From Psammoneis japonica (taxonomy: Eukaryota), in the NCBI GenBank assembly GCA_008632985.1, contig QPGO01000057.1, positions 62,001 through 126,000 of the forward strand: DNA of 64,000 nt. Direction: 5' to 3'. Below are positions 51,924-64,000 of this stretch, one piece after another. Every line of letters begins with the position of its first letter. The stretch's first letter is position 1. Made by a program: the position numbers and the translations under genes. The notes under the pieces are model-generated. The model was not told where the DNA came from and ran no database searches. It saw nothing but the letters and a program-made list of their open reading frames with translations.

Positions 51924-53519
51924 TCTTCTAGCTAGTAGAAGGCGTCCAGGTGCCGGTGATGTGATGCGATGTTTCTTGATGACGACGCTTCTGTTGCGGT
52001 GATGCCATCCTGGCGATAGTCTCTAATTGATAGATAGATTCGTGGGCAAAAACGGTCTGAAATCTGTCCTTTTGAGAACGTAACAACAAAGAGTGAAGTG
52101 CATGTGGGGCGGGCACCATGATGCTGCTCTTCGGATGCCACATTATCTCAAAATCAGCATTTTGCACAGCAGCATGGTGTGCCCACAGAGGATGTCAGCA
52201 AGAAGAAGAGGGGTGACAGTGCCACAAAAGATGGTTTGCCAGGTGTTGGTCATGCACACTTCTGGTTTTTCTTGCTGTTCGAGGCTCGGTCAGAGTCAAA
52301 AGATTTGGGTGCAGACACGGGTGGTGGCTTGGAGCTCTGTGTTTTTGCACTGTCTTTGGGCAAGTCTGCCTGCAAAAGGAAGAAGCCAAGCAGCACCATT
52401 GGCTTTGCAGCAGCAAAAGAAGCCTCAAACAAAGGCAAAGGGGGGCTTCAGAAGTGGAGAGCTCTTGTGTGACCATGGAGTCAAGGGTGCCTGTGTCTTA
52501 GAGGCCCGCCACAAGGCACAAGGCAGGTTGGTGAGCTGACATGTTGGCTGGTGGCACTGACATCCATCATGGTGTGTGTGTGTGGTGTGGGGGGGGGGGG
52601 GGGGGGGCATGTCAGCCAAGCTCATCTTCTTCAAATTAAATGGTGTGCTCAGCGCTGCTGTCATCTCTCCAGTGAGGGGACATTTTTGTTGGTGCTGAAG
52701 GGCCAGTGGCTGGGGCCATGGTCCACTGCTGTGGTTGGTTCTCAGTGCATTTGCACTTGGTGTGGTGCACACAGTCAAGCCATGTGGTGTTGTTGAGCAA
52801 GAAAAAAAATGAGAACAGGCCAAACTGAAAAAGGAGTGGACAGCATCTGATGATGTGAGAAAGGTTGCAAGACCCTGCCAGGGCCCCAAGTGGTGCAAAA
52901 GGCAAGCTCAGTGATGCAGCGCGGCATTCTCCTCCTCAGGCACAGCTGCCAGCTGCCCTGGCTCAGGCCCACAGAACAAAAAAACTCTCCTGTCAAAACC
53001 CCGGGGCAAAAGACCACCCCCACTCAACAATCTTCCAGCTCACGGCTTTGCTCAGACACAAGCTGGACAACAGCTTCACAGGTTTTTCTTGTTGGTTCTT
53101 TTCATCCATTGCTGTTGTTCGTTCATGCCCCAGCAGCTGGCCATTGGAGTCCTCCCAAAATGAGACCCGACACAAATTAAGACCGAGAGGCCATCAAGCT
53201 CACTTCAAGTCTGCAAGGTCCAAGCTCCGAACAACTGTTGTCATGACCCAAGTGTGGCGATGAAGCATCACAGCAGACTCCAGATGCTTGTTTTGTGCCA
53301 ACTGCAACTTCTGGCAGCTGCTGGCACTGACAGACTGCTGTTGAGGTGCATTCATGCATGAAATGGAATGAACTGTTTCACACCACTGCCACTGGACCAC
53401 ACTGTGTCACACCCCCATCAGACTGATCTTCACTGCAAAGGAGCATCGGATGATGCCCCCTTGTGGGCTCGGTTCTTGCTCACACTCGGCAGGATCTTCC
53501 ACTTGGGTTGTGGCATCAG

Positions 53520-56500
53520 ATCAGTTGCCAGTGCCATCTGATTGAATCGTCACACTGCAACACTTCTGCACAAAAACATCCTTCTTGTGCTTGCTTTCTT
53601 TGAGAAATGCTTTGTGGTCAACAAACAGAATGGCACAAAGGTCTTTTTTGGTGACCCACTTGTCAATTGTGCCATTCTTTGCCACAATCTTTCTTGAAGC
53701 CTCTGGGTGCAAAATTTGGTGTTCCTCTTCTTCTGCACTCGTCTTTCTTTCTGACGCAGCTTTGTCAGTGCGCCTTTTCTCTGCAACAGAAGATGCCAGC
53801 TGGAGATGGTTCTTGAGTCTGTCCAACACTTTCTTGTTGTTTTCAAAGCAACAGTGCGCCAAAATGTCACCAAGGAAGTTGAGCTTTTGCTCTGGAAGCT
53901 TCTGAGTGGCGCAACTTGCGCCAGCAAGCTCCACAATGTTTCCACCACAAACATCAATGGAGCTGGGTGCCAGAAGCTCTTGCTGAGTGCTGGTGATTTC
54001 CACGTCAAGAGCCGTGCTGTGCAAAAGTGGCTCATTGCTCTTTGTGACAACAATTTGGGATCTCTGCAAACAAATTGGGTCACATGAGCAAATGCTTTTT
54101 TGTGCAAGCACCCACTGGCAACCCCTGCGTGTGTTTCTATGCGTGCTCTCGTGCTGATGTCGCCCTTTTCAGACGGCGTTTCGCTGAGTCCCCTGTCAAC
54201 CTTTTGGCCCCTTCTGCCATTGGCACACCCTTTCATCTCCATGATGTGCAACAATTTTCAGTGGAAAACGACTGGCATCGACACTTTGTGGCTCGCATGC
54301 TTGTTGTCTTCTTTGGCAATTTTTTGCGGATTCGGTGTGATTTCTACACAGAATCCAGTGCAAATTCTACGCGCTCAAGAAATGCACACCGACAGTCATC
54401 ACGTCTCCGATGCGATCAACTTCCATCCTTGCCTGAAAGCCCCCAACAATTTCTTTTGCTCCCACTGGCTGCTCAAGTTCTTCACCTCATGTGGTGAAAG
54501 TGCTGTCCCTGTTGTGGCGCCTGCGAGTGTTCGCATGGACAAACCATCGGCATCATCTGACGACCGTCCATTTGCTGCACAGATCGGCTTTTCCACGCAA
54601 GATTCAGCATCAATTCTACGTGAGAATGGACATTTCTTCCGACGACCTTCTCGTCACATCACCAAGACTTCCTGTTTCATCCTTGCAAGTCACGAACATC
54701 CCCTTTTCTGCTTGCTGGCCTGCCAAGATCACTGTTCCGAGCAGTGAACTGCACATTGTTGTTCTGGTTCATGCAATTGTGAAATTCAATCAGTCTTTGT
54801 TGAAGACAAGATTCTCCCTCAGAGGCAAAGATTTTCTCTCAGAATGTGCGCTGACTTTGAATTCTCTGCTTGACTTGATTGTCCTTTGCTGTGGCAGTTT
54901 GGGTGCCTTGCATCCTCTCTGAAAGAAAGCAATATCTCATTCTGGTGCAATTTTTCCTTGACCTTTTATCACTGGTGCGCGTCGCTGCAAAGCGGCGTGT
55001 TGGCCGACTGATCGCACGACATTCTGCCGCACTCTCCTCGCAGGGTGCACTGGAAGTGTGGGTTGGCCGGCGCCGGTGTTGCTGGGCAAAGGTGCAACAG
55101 CACTTAAAATTAGGTTTTGGTTTTTTTTTGGGTCACATGAGCAAATGGAGCCTTTCCATGCAAGCCTGGTGGCTTCAACTGACAGTGGTGGAGACCATCT
55201 GTGACACGGCTGGCTGACTCCCGGCCAGCTTCAATCTTAACATTTGCTTGCAAGGGCTGCTCCTTGTCACTCTTGTTCAGTGCCTCCTGGTCAAGGTGAT
55301 CCAGGTTCTCTTTTGCAAGCTTGCAGCAGACTCGCAAGTTCTGGTGGTCCTGAGGGGGATCTTGAATGTCTCCACCAGAAGGTTTTTGATGCACTCAAGG
55401 GTGAACCTGCCATGGTCATCAATGATTGAACCACAGCCTTCTTGGTGACTGGAGGAATCCCATGCCACCAAGACAGAAGAAGCTGGTGCTTGTTGGCAAC
55501 AGTTTCAGGCTTGAAGGCCTGTCCTGCTTTGAGGAAGAGATTGATCTTTTTGCACCACTTTGGAAAGGAGACCCCAGTCTCCTTGGATCAAGATTCACTT
55601 TTTGGAAGGAAGATTCCCAAGTCTCCTTGCTGGTGCCACAGAGACAACAGAGGCCTGCTGACACAAGGCCCCACTGATCGTTGATGTGCTTGGAGCACTT
55701 GATCCTCTGGCCATGCCCACGAAACATGGACATTCCTTCTTGAGAGAGGGTGTTGTTGCTGTTGGCAACAAACGAATTGAGCCCTTGATTTACATGGGAC
55801 ATGTCCCCTTCCTCTTTCAAGCTCTTGATCTTGTTGCTGTGTTGACACTGCACTGCACACAGCATTTTACAGTGCACGCCAAATCCATTGAACATTTCTA
55901 GAAACCACCACTGTGGATCATCACAAACCACAGGAAGACTTCTGTGTCCTTTGACAAGAATGTTTGGGTCAATTGCATCCCGTGCTTGCTCAGTTGTGAA
56001 AGCATTCAGGATCACCGCAATCATCAACCCTTCCTTTGCTCTGTGCCTTGCAAGAAAACTGTCAGCAAATCTGACCCCCTTCATTGCTCACCAGCCAAGC
56101 ACCACGTGGTTGGGCCTTTGTCACCACCGCTGGATTCCCATGTGAACCATCGTGGCCATGGCATGTTGGTTGCTTTGCATCTTTTTGTGTTTTTTCCCTT
56201 GGCACCAACAATTTTGGCATTGCCGCCAAAAGCCACAATGCACATTTCATCCAATCTGCCAACAAAATGATGCACAACTTGCCAAACGTCTTCGCTGTGG
56301 CTCGGCAAAGGACAGCAAGCAAAAAAATGATGAACAATGGTCAAACAAAAAACAGTCCAGCATGCAAGTGACAAACAATGACATTCTCACCTGTTGCTTG
56401 GCAAAGGCCAGCATTCAAGTGACGCAGCTCCACAAAAGCCGAGTCGACCAACACGTGCCAACGGTGTTGCTGCTCCACCGTGATTGCCGTCCGTTTTGCA

Positions 56501-56900
56501 GTTGTGGCCTGAGCTTTCATGGCGTCATTCTTTGGTGTTGAAGTGTTGTTTTTCAAAACAGTGTGATGAAGCATTTGCAATGCTTGCTTGCACTCTAGAT
56601 CAGGGCTCAAATCCTGCACCAAATCAATGGTTTCTGGTGGTGTCCTGCCATCATTCCTGTGATCACATCTTGCCAGAGTCTAGCCAATGAGCTCTTGTTT
56701 GTCCTTTTCTGACAAAGGCTTGTGACCAACACCCACACCAATTTCTCAATGCTTTTCCTCATCTTCTTTTGTGCAAGATTTCAGCTGGTTGCAGCTCATG
56801 TTGACAACTCACGCAAACTCTCGTAACCTGCAAGCCTCTCCATTTGAGCCACAATGTCGGCCGGATTTGTTGAGCCACTCTGACACAGCCTTCTTCATTT
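53520..56900 (-). mobile_element. Degenerate pogo/Tc5-like (DDE_1) DNA transposase, interrupted by a ~1-kb segment
   Basis: Fragments LDEMCIVA..KIVG, GDKGPT, NAFTTEQ, FLEMFNGFGVH and KEEGDMSHVNQ resemble the N.DET, DG..SH and SH..Q..D motifs of DDE_1 transposases; many stops and frameshifts; no TIRs identified. Confidence 0.55.
54075..55147. repeat. ~1.03-kb segment flanked by a perfect 20-bp direct repeat
   Basis: ttgggtcacatgagcaaatg at 54075-54094 and 55128-55147. Confidence 0.75.
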
Positions 56901-59900
56901 TAGACAGATTCAGCTCCACTGACCAATTCACTTGATGTGTCCAAATGTGAGCACAGCACCGCCGCACACACCCCGCTGGCACCTCTTTTTTGAAGATGGA
57001 GCGATCATGTCACCAACAATTTTTGCCATGTTGAAAGCATGTTTTCTCTCACTGGGTGGGGGTGGCAGCAGCACCACCTGCATGGGCTGTCTGCACTCCA
57101 ACAGAACAAGGGAAGAGCACTGCTGCTCACTTCTTGCTCCATGGAAATCACAGCTTGCCACCCATGTGATCTCTCAAGATTGATGCCACCAAAACATGAA
57201 AGATTTTGCAAAGGACTTTGCAGCATGCTTGAAATGCTCTGCAGCAGAGCAGCATCTGTCGGTGCTCCTCTGTGATGCACTCAAAGCTGCCAAAACTAAC
57301 ACCGCCACTGACAATGCTGAGGGAGGAAAATTGGCGAAGGCAGCTGTGACGGAGACCCACTGTGACTTGTCTTGCATGGCAGTTTTCATGAAAACCTGGG
57401 AACTCAATTGCCTGAAAACCTTCAGGAAGGAGCCTGTGCCAGCTCTCATTGTTGATGAGTTCCATCATGATGCAGAGACAAGAACATGGAATGTTTTCAA
57501 ACATTGCTGAGAGATGCAGCATTGAGAGGAGCAGTTGTTTTTCTCATGATGAAAGAATGGGCTTCCAAATTGACAAAATTGAGCACGAAGACCAAACCCC
57601 TTCTCCTCACAATGTGGCAATGAGGGGTGCAATGGATCCAAATGTTTTGAAGGAACACCCCAGTGGAGTTGCTTGTGCTGGAAGGTCCAACAGTTGCAAA
57701 AAATGGTCCAGCCTTCATGTGAGAAAAATGGCATCAAGCCAAAGGATGTCATTCCAGACAACTCTGGGCTTGCCCCTGGCGAGGCCGTCAAAGTCATCCT
57801 GGAAATGTCTTGGGCTGAACAGCCAGGAGCAGGTCCATGAGCATTGTTGACTGGTTTTGAATGCTTGTCAGCTGAAACAATTGGTGGTCTCAAGGTGGCA
57901 CCACACAGTTTTTTAGATTGTGCACAGTCTCCATCTTTAAAATTGAACAGCCACACATGTCAGAGAAAAGATCTTGTGCATTCTCATTTCACCCACTCAC
58001 TGTGACTGGCAGCACACATTTTGGAGGTCTTCTTTCCTCTTTGTGTCCCACGATGATCAAGTGATGACATTGGTCAGTGAGACACTCTCTCATCTAAATC
58101 AAAGCTGGAGTGAGGGCAAGCTGCGCTCCTTGAGTGCGCACATTTCTGCACTGATGTGTCAGAGTGCAGCAGCAACTTCTTCCAAGGGCTCTGAATTGAC
58201 TTGCACTGATTGACAGCTGAGCCTGCAACACGAACAAATCACCTGACTCTGGATTGGCTGGCATCAGCAGCTGACCATCTGGAAAGAAAGAACAAGATGG
58301 AATTTGGTGGGAAATTTCTTGAACAGGAAGGTGGCAATTGTGCCTCCACATGGGTTCACTTGGGGAAAATCAAATGTTTTTGTCATGTGACCAATGCAGT
58401 GCACATGTCAACATTGTCATGTGAAAACTGCACAAAATTGTCTGACCAGCATTCTTTTCAACAACTTCTCTCTGATGTCCTCAGGCCCAAGCAGCCAAAA
58501 TTCTTGGGAACTGGTGCTTGTGCTCCAGCTGCTTGTCAAGGTCTAACTTGACAAAAACTGGCCAAAGAGCTCCTCAATGACATGTTGGATGCTTTGGACA
58601 CTGTGGCAGATGATCCTGCTGGTTCTCAACTGGTGGCACAAAGGCCATCTGCACAATCTTGATGGGAATCAAGTGACAACTCAGCTTTCCTGGTGCTTCC
58701 TTGGCAAACATTGCATCAGCGAGAGCACTTGTGCTGCAAGTGTCCAGGGCCATCACAAACAAAACACAACAACCCTGAAAGGTCCTTGCAGTTCTTCACA
58801 TGGTTGTCTTAACCTCAATCTTTTTGCAAAATGTGCCCCCGTGATTTGCAACTTCATGGCAGTTGAGAGAAACCAGCATCATCAATCTTGCAATGCTTCC
58901 TCCAAGCTTCATTGCCAGAAACTCCAAGATGTGCAGGGCACTCCTTCTCAAGGTCCTTGACAGCAAAAGCATGAAGACAGTGAGCAGGTGCATGACCTTG
59001 CAATCAGATTTCCTGATGAGATGGCAGCAGAAGGTTCCTTCCCAAACAACTTGATGAGGTCTTGGACAGTCTTGGCAAAATGATCTTTGTCCAGGATGGC
59101 ACTTGGGCTGCTGGGCAAGTCATTTCACTGTTGAAGGCAAAGGGAGCACTCAATGGAATCCACAGCCTGGTGGCCATGCTGAGATGCATGGTGGCAGCTG
59201 CAGCTGAGTGTCAGTCTGCTTGTGCCAGTTGTTCAATTGAGAATCACCAAGATGAGCTTCATGGGAAAAGAGATGATGCTCCCCACCATGAGCAGGTGTT
59301 GGAAGAGGTGAAGACACATTGGACAAGCTTGCAGGCATGGAGCCACCTCAGCACACTGCTTGAGGGTTTCCATGCCCACTCCAGCAGCAGCATTGCACCA
59401 GAGTCAAGCATGGTTCTGGATGGAAGATTCGTTGAAGGGTGGGAGTGCAACACAGATGATTGCCAAAGGAGTGCAACACAAAGATCACCATTGGATGGGA
59501 TGTCATCTAAAGAAAACTGTTGGGTGGCAACAAACTCCATGCAAGTTGATGCCAGCACTTTCATTGGGATTAAAACCACTTGGGGGATGCAAAATTGACT
59601 CACACAGAATGTGATGGCAGAGACCTCTCTTGAGGTTGCACAGTGTGATTCAGAGGATGAAAAATGGGGCAAGGGGTGCTGCACTCACCAAGTCATTGCA
59701 CATTGTGTCCCTGCACAAAACAATTGTTGAGACCGCATCTCTTGGAAACATTCAAAGATGTTTTGTGAGACCAAAGGGAGCCGGTGGTTGTTGCTGCATG
59801 TCTCACACAAATTGTGCCTTTTTTGCTTGTGTCAGGGGTGAAAGCATTGCTCTGTGGCAGGCAATTGTGTCTCTTCCATTGGGGATGGATTTGCCTTTTG

Positions 59901-59938
59901 CACAACACAAACGTGGGCTTCTTCTGGTCATGACTCAG

Positions 59939-60552
59939 GGGTGGTGGGACATTTCATTTTGATTTGGGCCGCACTGGCAAGGGGGGCAGGGACAGATCTG
60001 CTGTTGCAAAAAAGGTGGGCTCTCTTGCACTGACAATGTCATGCCACACAATGAGTGTTGTTTGATCTTGTTCACACATGGTCATGACACACAGCTTCTC
60101 TGATCATGCACTGCAGCAAAACAGCTCTGAGATGGTCAAATTGTGGAGAAAGGAGTGGTGCGTGTGTTGCTGCAGCAGTCTCCAAGTTAGTTTCCATTGT
60201 GCTTTTGGTTTTTGCAGGATTGGCTTCATCAGGCTGTTCCATCAGGAGCACAACATCCTTGCATCCCCACTTTGCATCATTGGACATGTTTGCCCCTGCA
60301 ACAGTGTCAAAGTCAAACGACCTTGCCGGAATCATTCGTCATTCCCACTTTGCACCAACAATTTTCACGGTGGCAATGCCGACAAGCACATCACCAACTT
60401 TATAATTTTTCCCGTTTTCTCTGCGTTTCCACCTTCTGCCAGTTCCTGTGCTCATGCTCCTCTCCCCGCTTTGATCTCTTCAAACACAACACCAAGGAGC
60501 TTCTGCGTTTTCACCTTGTAAAAGGAAATGCGCTCACGAAATCCTGAAAACT
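59939..60552 (-). pseudogene. Hypermutated tandem partial duplicate of the PDZ gene and its 3' flank
   Basis: Colinear with 60553-61345 apart from two internal deletions; ORF remnant MIPARSFDFDTV.GA.MSNDAKWGC.DVVLLMEQPDEA matches the intact gene. Confidence 0.95.
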
Positions 60553-60892
60553 GGTTGGTGGGATACTTCATTTGGACTACGTTGGTAAGAGGGACAGGGA
60601 TGTGCTATTACATAAAAGGAGGGCTCTCTTGTACTGACAACATCATGCCGTACGGTACAATGAGTGCTGTTTGATATTGTTCACATGGTCGTGACACGTA
60701 GCTTCTCTTACCGTGCACTACAGGGACACAGTTCTGAGAGGGCCAAATTTTGGAGTAAGGAATAGTGCACGCGTTACTGCAGTAGTCTCTAAGTTAGTTT
60801 CTATCGTGCTTTCGGAGGTGAACTCAACGATGCATACAGATGAAGACTAGTACGAGAAAAAAGTGTTCTTGCGTCTTCTTTGAAGTGTTTTG

Positions 60893-61517
60893 CTACTGCT
60901 GTTGTTTCCATGGGTTGTCGAAGGGTGGCTCGAAGAACTCAAGGAACGCATCGGTTTTTGCTGGATCAGCTTCGTCAGGCTGTTCCATCAGGAGCACAAC
61001 ATCGTCGCATCCCCACTTTGCGTCATTGGACATGATCGCCCCTACAACGGTGTCAAAGTCAAACGACCTTGCCGGAATCATTCGTCGTTCCCACTTTGCG
61101 CCAACAATTTTCACGGCGGTAATACCGACAAGCACGTCACCAACTTTGATTTTTCCTGTTTTCTCTGCGTTTCCGCCTTCTACCAGTTCCTGTACATACA
61201 CTCCTCTCCCTGCTTCGATCTCTTCAAACACAATACCGAGGGGCTTCTGCGTTTTCACCTCGTAGACGCCCTTGGGCAAGTTAAAGATCTCTGGGAAAGC
61301 ATCACGATCTTCTTGAGGAAAAACGCTCATGAAATCCTGAAAACTCTTATAGAAACGAAATTCCCCCTTTCCAAAATTCAACCCGGCATTCCACATGCCC
61401 GCAGTAGAAAGCTGTTGAGAGCCGTTGTCGGGAAGCGACCAGGCTTGATGGTTGGGTCACAATAAAGGCTTCTGTCAGTGAAGCCAACCCAAAAAGAATA
61501 CATAGAAGGCGAATCAT
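60893..61517 (-). CDS. Plastid-targeted PDZ-domain protein (apparent frameshift ~61400)
   Basis: MIRLLCILFGLASLTEA-F presequence; KPLGIVFEE...GVYVQELVEGGNAEKTGKIKVGDVL PDZ motif. Confidence 0.8.
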
Positions 61518-61930
61518 ATTACAGGCTTAACGAACAAGTTGGTACCGGTAGTCCCGTTGTGACTTTTGAGATGCTTCATCGCCTTTGCCTTGATGGCAAC
61601 GACTTCGACTAACACTGACGCGGATCGGAGGCAACATCAAAAAAATGTGACGTTGTCCGCTTGTCTGATCGAAACGATGACGTAGTTCACCACACCAAAA
61701 ATCTGAATAGCGAGGATGGATGAACGGCCAGCATTCGCCGAAATCTGTGTAGAAATCCACGAGCTTTCCCTACGAGGAAGTAAAAAAGTCTGCACGTCTC
61801 AACGCACGATGCGAATTGGAGAAATCCAAAATGCGAGCCACCGGCCACCGCACAAGAGACACAACACACGACATTATCATAGCCATTAGACCTGTCTAAG
61901 TTGAATCCAGGGACTGAATCCACTCGTCAG

Positions 61931-64000
61931 ATGGCAAGAGGAAAGAAAAAGGGCGCCAAGCGCCGCGGTGATGACTCTGACTCAGAAGATGAGGCCCAGA
62001 AACCGCAATCGCAAAACAAAGAAGAAGCTGGCGGTAAGAAACTGAGTCGTAAAGAGTTGCGCCTTCAGAAGCAACAGAAGAAGCAGCAACAGGCAAAGAA
62101 GCAGAGTAGTGATGAAGATGACGATTTGATGATGCTTCAGGGTCGTTCTAATGACTACGGGGATGATTCCAGCGAAGACGAGGCGCCTTCACAGCCAGCG
62201 AAGAAATTGAGTAAGAAGCAACAGAGAAAACAGGCGGCTAAAATGGCCATGTTGGCGCAAAGTAGTAGCAGCGAGGAAGAGACCGAGGAGGATGAAGAGG
62301 AGGAAGAAGAAGTTCCACAGCCGGTCAAAAAGTTATCAAAGAAGCAGCTTAACAAGCAGAGAGAATTAGAAGCTTTGGCTGCTCTGGCCGAAGAGGTGAG
62401 TGAAGAACAATCGGAGCAATCGGAAGCTTCGGTAGTTGACGAGGATGAGGCAGAAAGCGATGGTGACGAGCTCGCAATTGACATGAGCAACTTAAAAATG
62501 ATAGACGAGGATGATCTCGATGACATGGGAAAGAAAAAGAAAAAGAAGAAAAAAGATAAGAAAGAAAAGAAAAAATCGAAGCTGGAGAAACAGTTGGCGG
62601 AAGCTACCAAGCTGAAAGAGGATGGTTCAGACGAAGACCTCGACGACGAAGCAAAGGCGAAGGCAGCAAAGAAAGCCGAGAAAGCCAAACGTAAAGCAGA
62701 AAAGGAAGCAGAAGAAAGCAGCTAAAGAAGCAAAGAGGGCAGCCAAACTAGCGGCAGAAACTGCTAGTCCTTCCGGAGACGACAGAGAAGAAGATGGAGA
62801 TGGAGACGATGGGCTGATGTACGGTGCTCCGATGACGTTGCGTGGACAGACAAGAGTCATGCACAAATATCTGCAGAAGAAAAAGCCAAAGAAGGACCTG
62901 ATCTGAGTGTAAGCTACTCTGCCATGATGTGATCGTTGTTGCACTTTCTCTGTCGCTGTCTTACCTTTTCATCTGATCTCGATTTAGCTTATCTATGGTC
63001 CAGACGGCAAGAAACTCAGCAACAAAGAGAGGAAACGCGCGTTGAAAGCAAAGCAGGCAGCTGAGCGAGCTGCGGAGTTTGAAGCTTCTGCTGCGCAGGC
63101 CTCGCGTGAAGGAGCTCAGTTTGCATGTTCCCAGACTGCCGTTGCGGATAATGACGCAAAATGGGAAAACGCGCTTGACATTGTGGTCCCATCGTTTAAC
63201 ATTAGTGCAGCGGGAAAGATATTGTTCAAAGACGCTGCATTAATGATTGGTCAGGGCCGAAGATACGGTCTCGTAGGACCAAATGGAAAGGTATGTTGTG
63301 TTGACGCCCATGCCTGTCACTGCGGAGTGCAAGAGTTGTTCCTTCTCGCCATGTGTTGATGAATTTCTCATTTTCCGTCATCGCTGCATTTATTAGGGAA
63401 AATCAACTCTTTTGAAAATGATCGCGTCGGGAGATCTCAAGATTCCGCCCAGGATCGACTACCTCTATGTTGAGCAGGAAGTTGTCGCGGATGATACTCC
63501 TGCGGTCGATGCAGTTCTGAAAGCCGACACGAAGCGCTGGGAACTCCTCGAAGAGGAAAAGTTATTGATGAAACAAGTTGATGATGGTGACGAGGACCCA
63601 AAGAAAGTTGCGCGACTTCAGGAAGTCTTTGAACAACTGACCCAGATGGGAGCAGACAGTGCAGAGGCGAGAGCTCGCCGAATCTTAAACGGACTTGGGT
63701 TCGACCCACAGATGCAGACACAGGCCACCAAGAAGTTCTCCGGTGGTTGGAGGATGCGTATTTCACTTGCTCGTGCTTTGTTTATGGAACCTACCTTGAT
63801 GATGTTAGGTACGAGAAACTCGTGCTCTTGGCTTGCGATGCTGGGCCACTCTTGACTGCTAGACTAACCGTGCTGTCACCTCTGTCTACAATGCACCAGA
63901 CGAACCTACCAACCACCTCGATCTTAACGCCACAATCTGGTTTAGACGATTACCTACAGCGATGGAAGAAGACGCTACTTGTTGTGTCTCACGACCAAGA
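61931..64000 (+). CDS. ABC-F family translation ATPase (ABCF1/GCN20-like) with charged N-terminus, several introns, truncated by window end
   Basis: [50 protein letters not shown]. Confidence 0.9.

Larger units (their letters stand above)
52100..60552. other. TpA/CpG-depleted hypermutated block 5 (transposase fossil, nested segment, dead duplicate)
   Basis: Same signature over 8.4 kb, ending at the tandem-duplication junction at 60552. Confidence 0.9.

Overview
Eukaryotic nuclear DNA, very probably from a diatom or other photosynthetic stramenopile: short GT-AG introns, bipartite plastid presequences, and genes for Tic22, Z-ISO, PEX1 and monomeric IDH. About 22 ordinary genes lie in gene-dense blocks, several with frameshifts that look like assembly indels. 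Between them are five sharply bounded blocks (~0.55-5.6, 18.5-21.6, 23.85-25.0, 35.1-39.55, 52.1-60.55 kb; about a third of the window) in which both TpA and CpG are almost erased and replaced by TpG/CpA. They hold dead genes, a pogo-like transposase fossil and diverged repeats. The direction of change can be read directly. A tandem duplicate of a PDZ gene (59.94-60.55 kb) differs from its intact neighbour mostly by TA->TG/CA and CG->TG/CA, and a CDC27 pseudogene shows conserved Tyr->Cys changes. This points to a regional, roughly GC-neutral hypermutation process with the opposite TpA outcome to fungal RIP. I cannot confirm novelty or mechanism without tools. All counts are manual and block borders are approximate.
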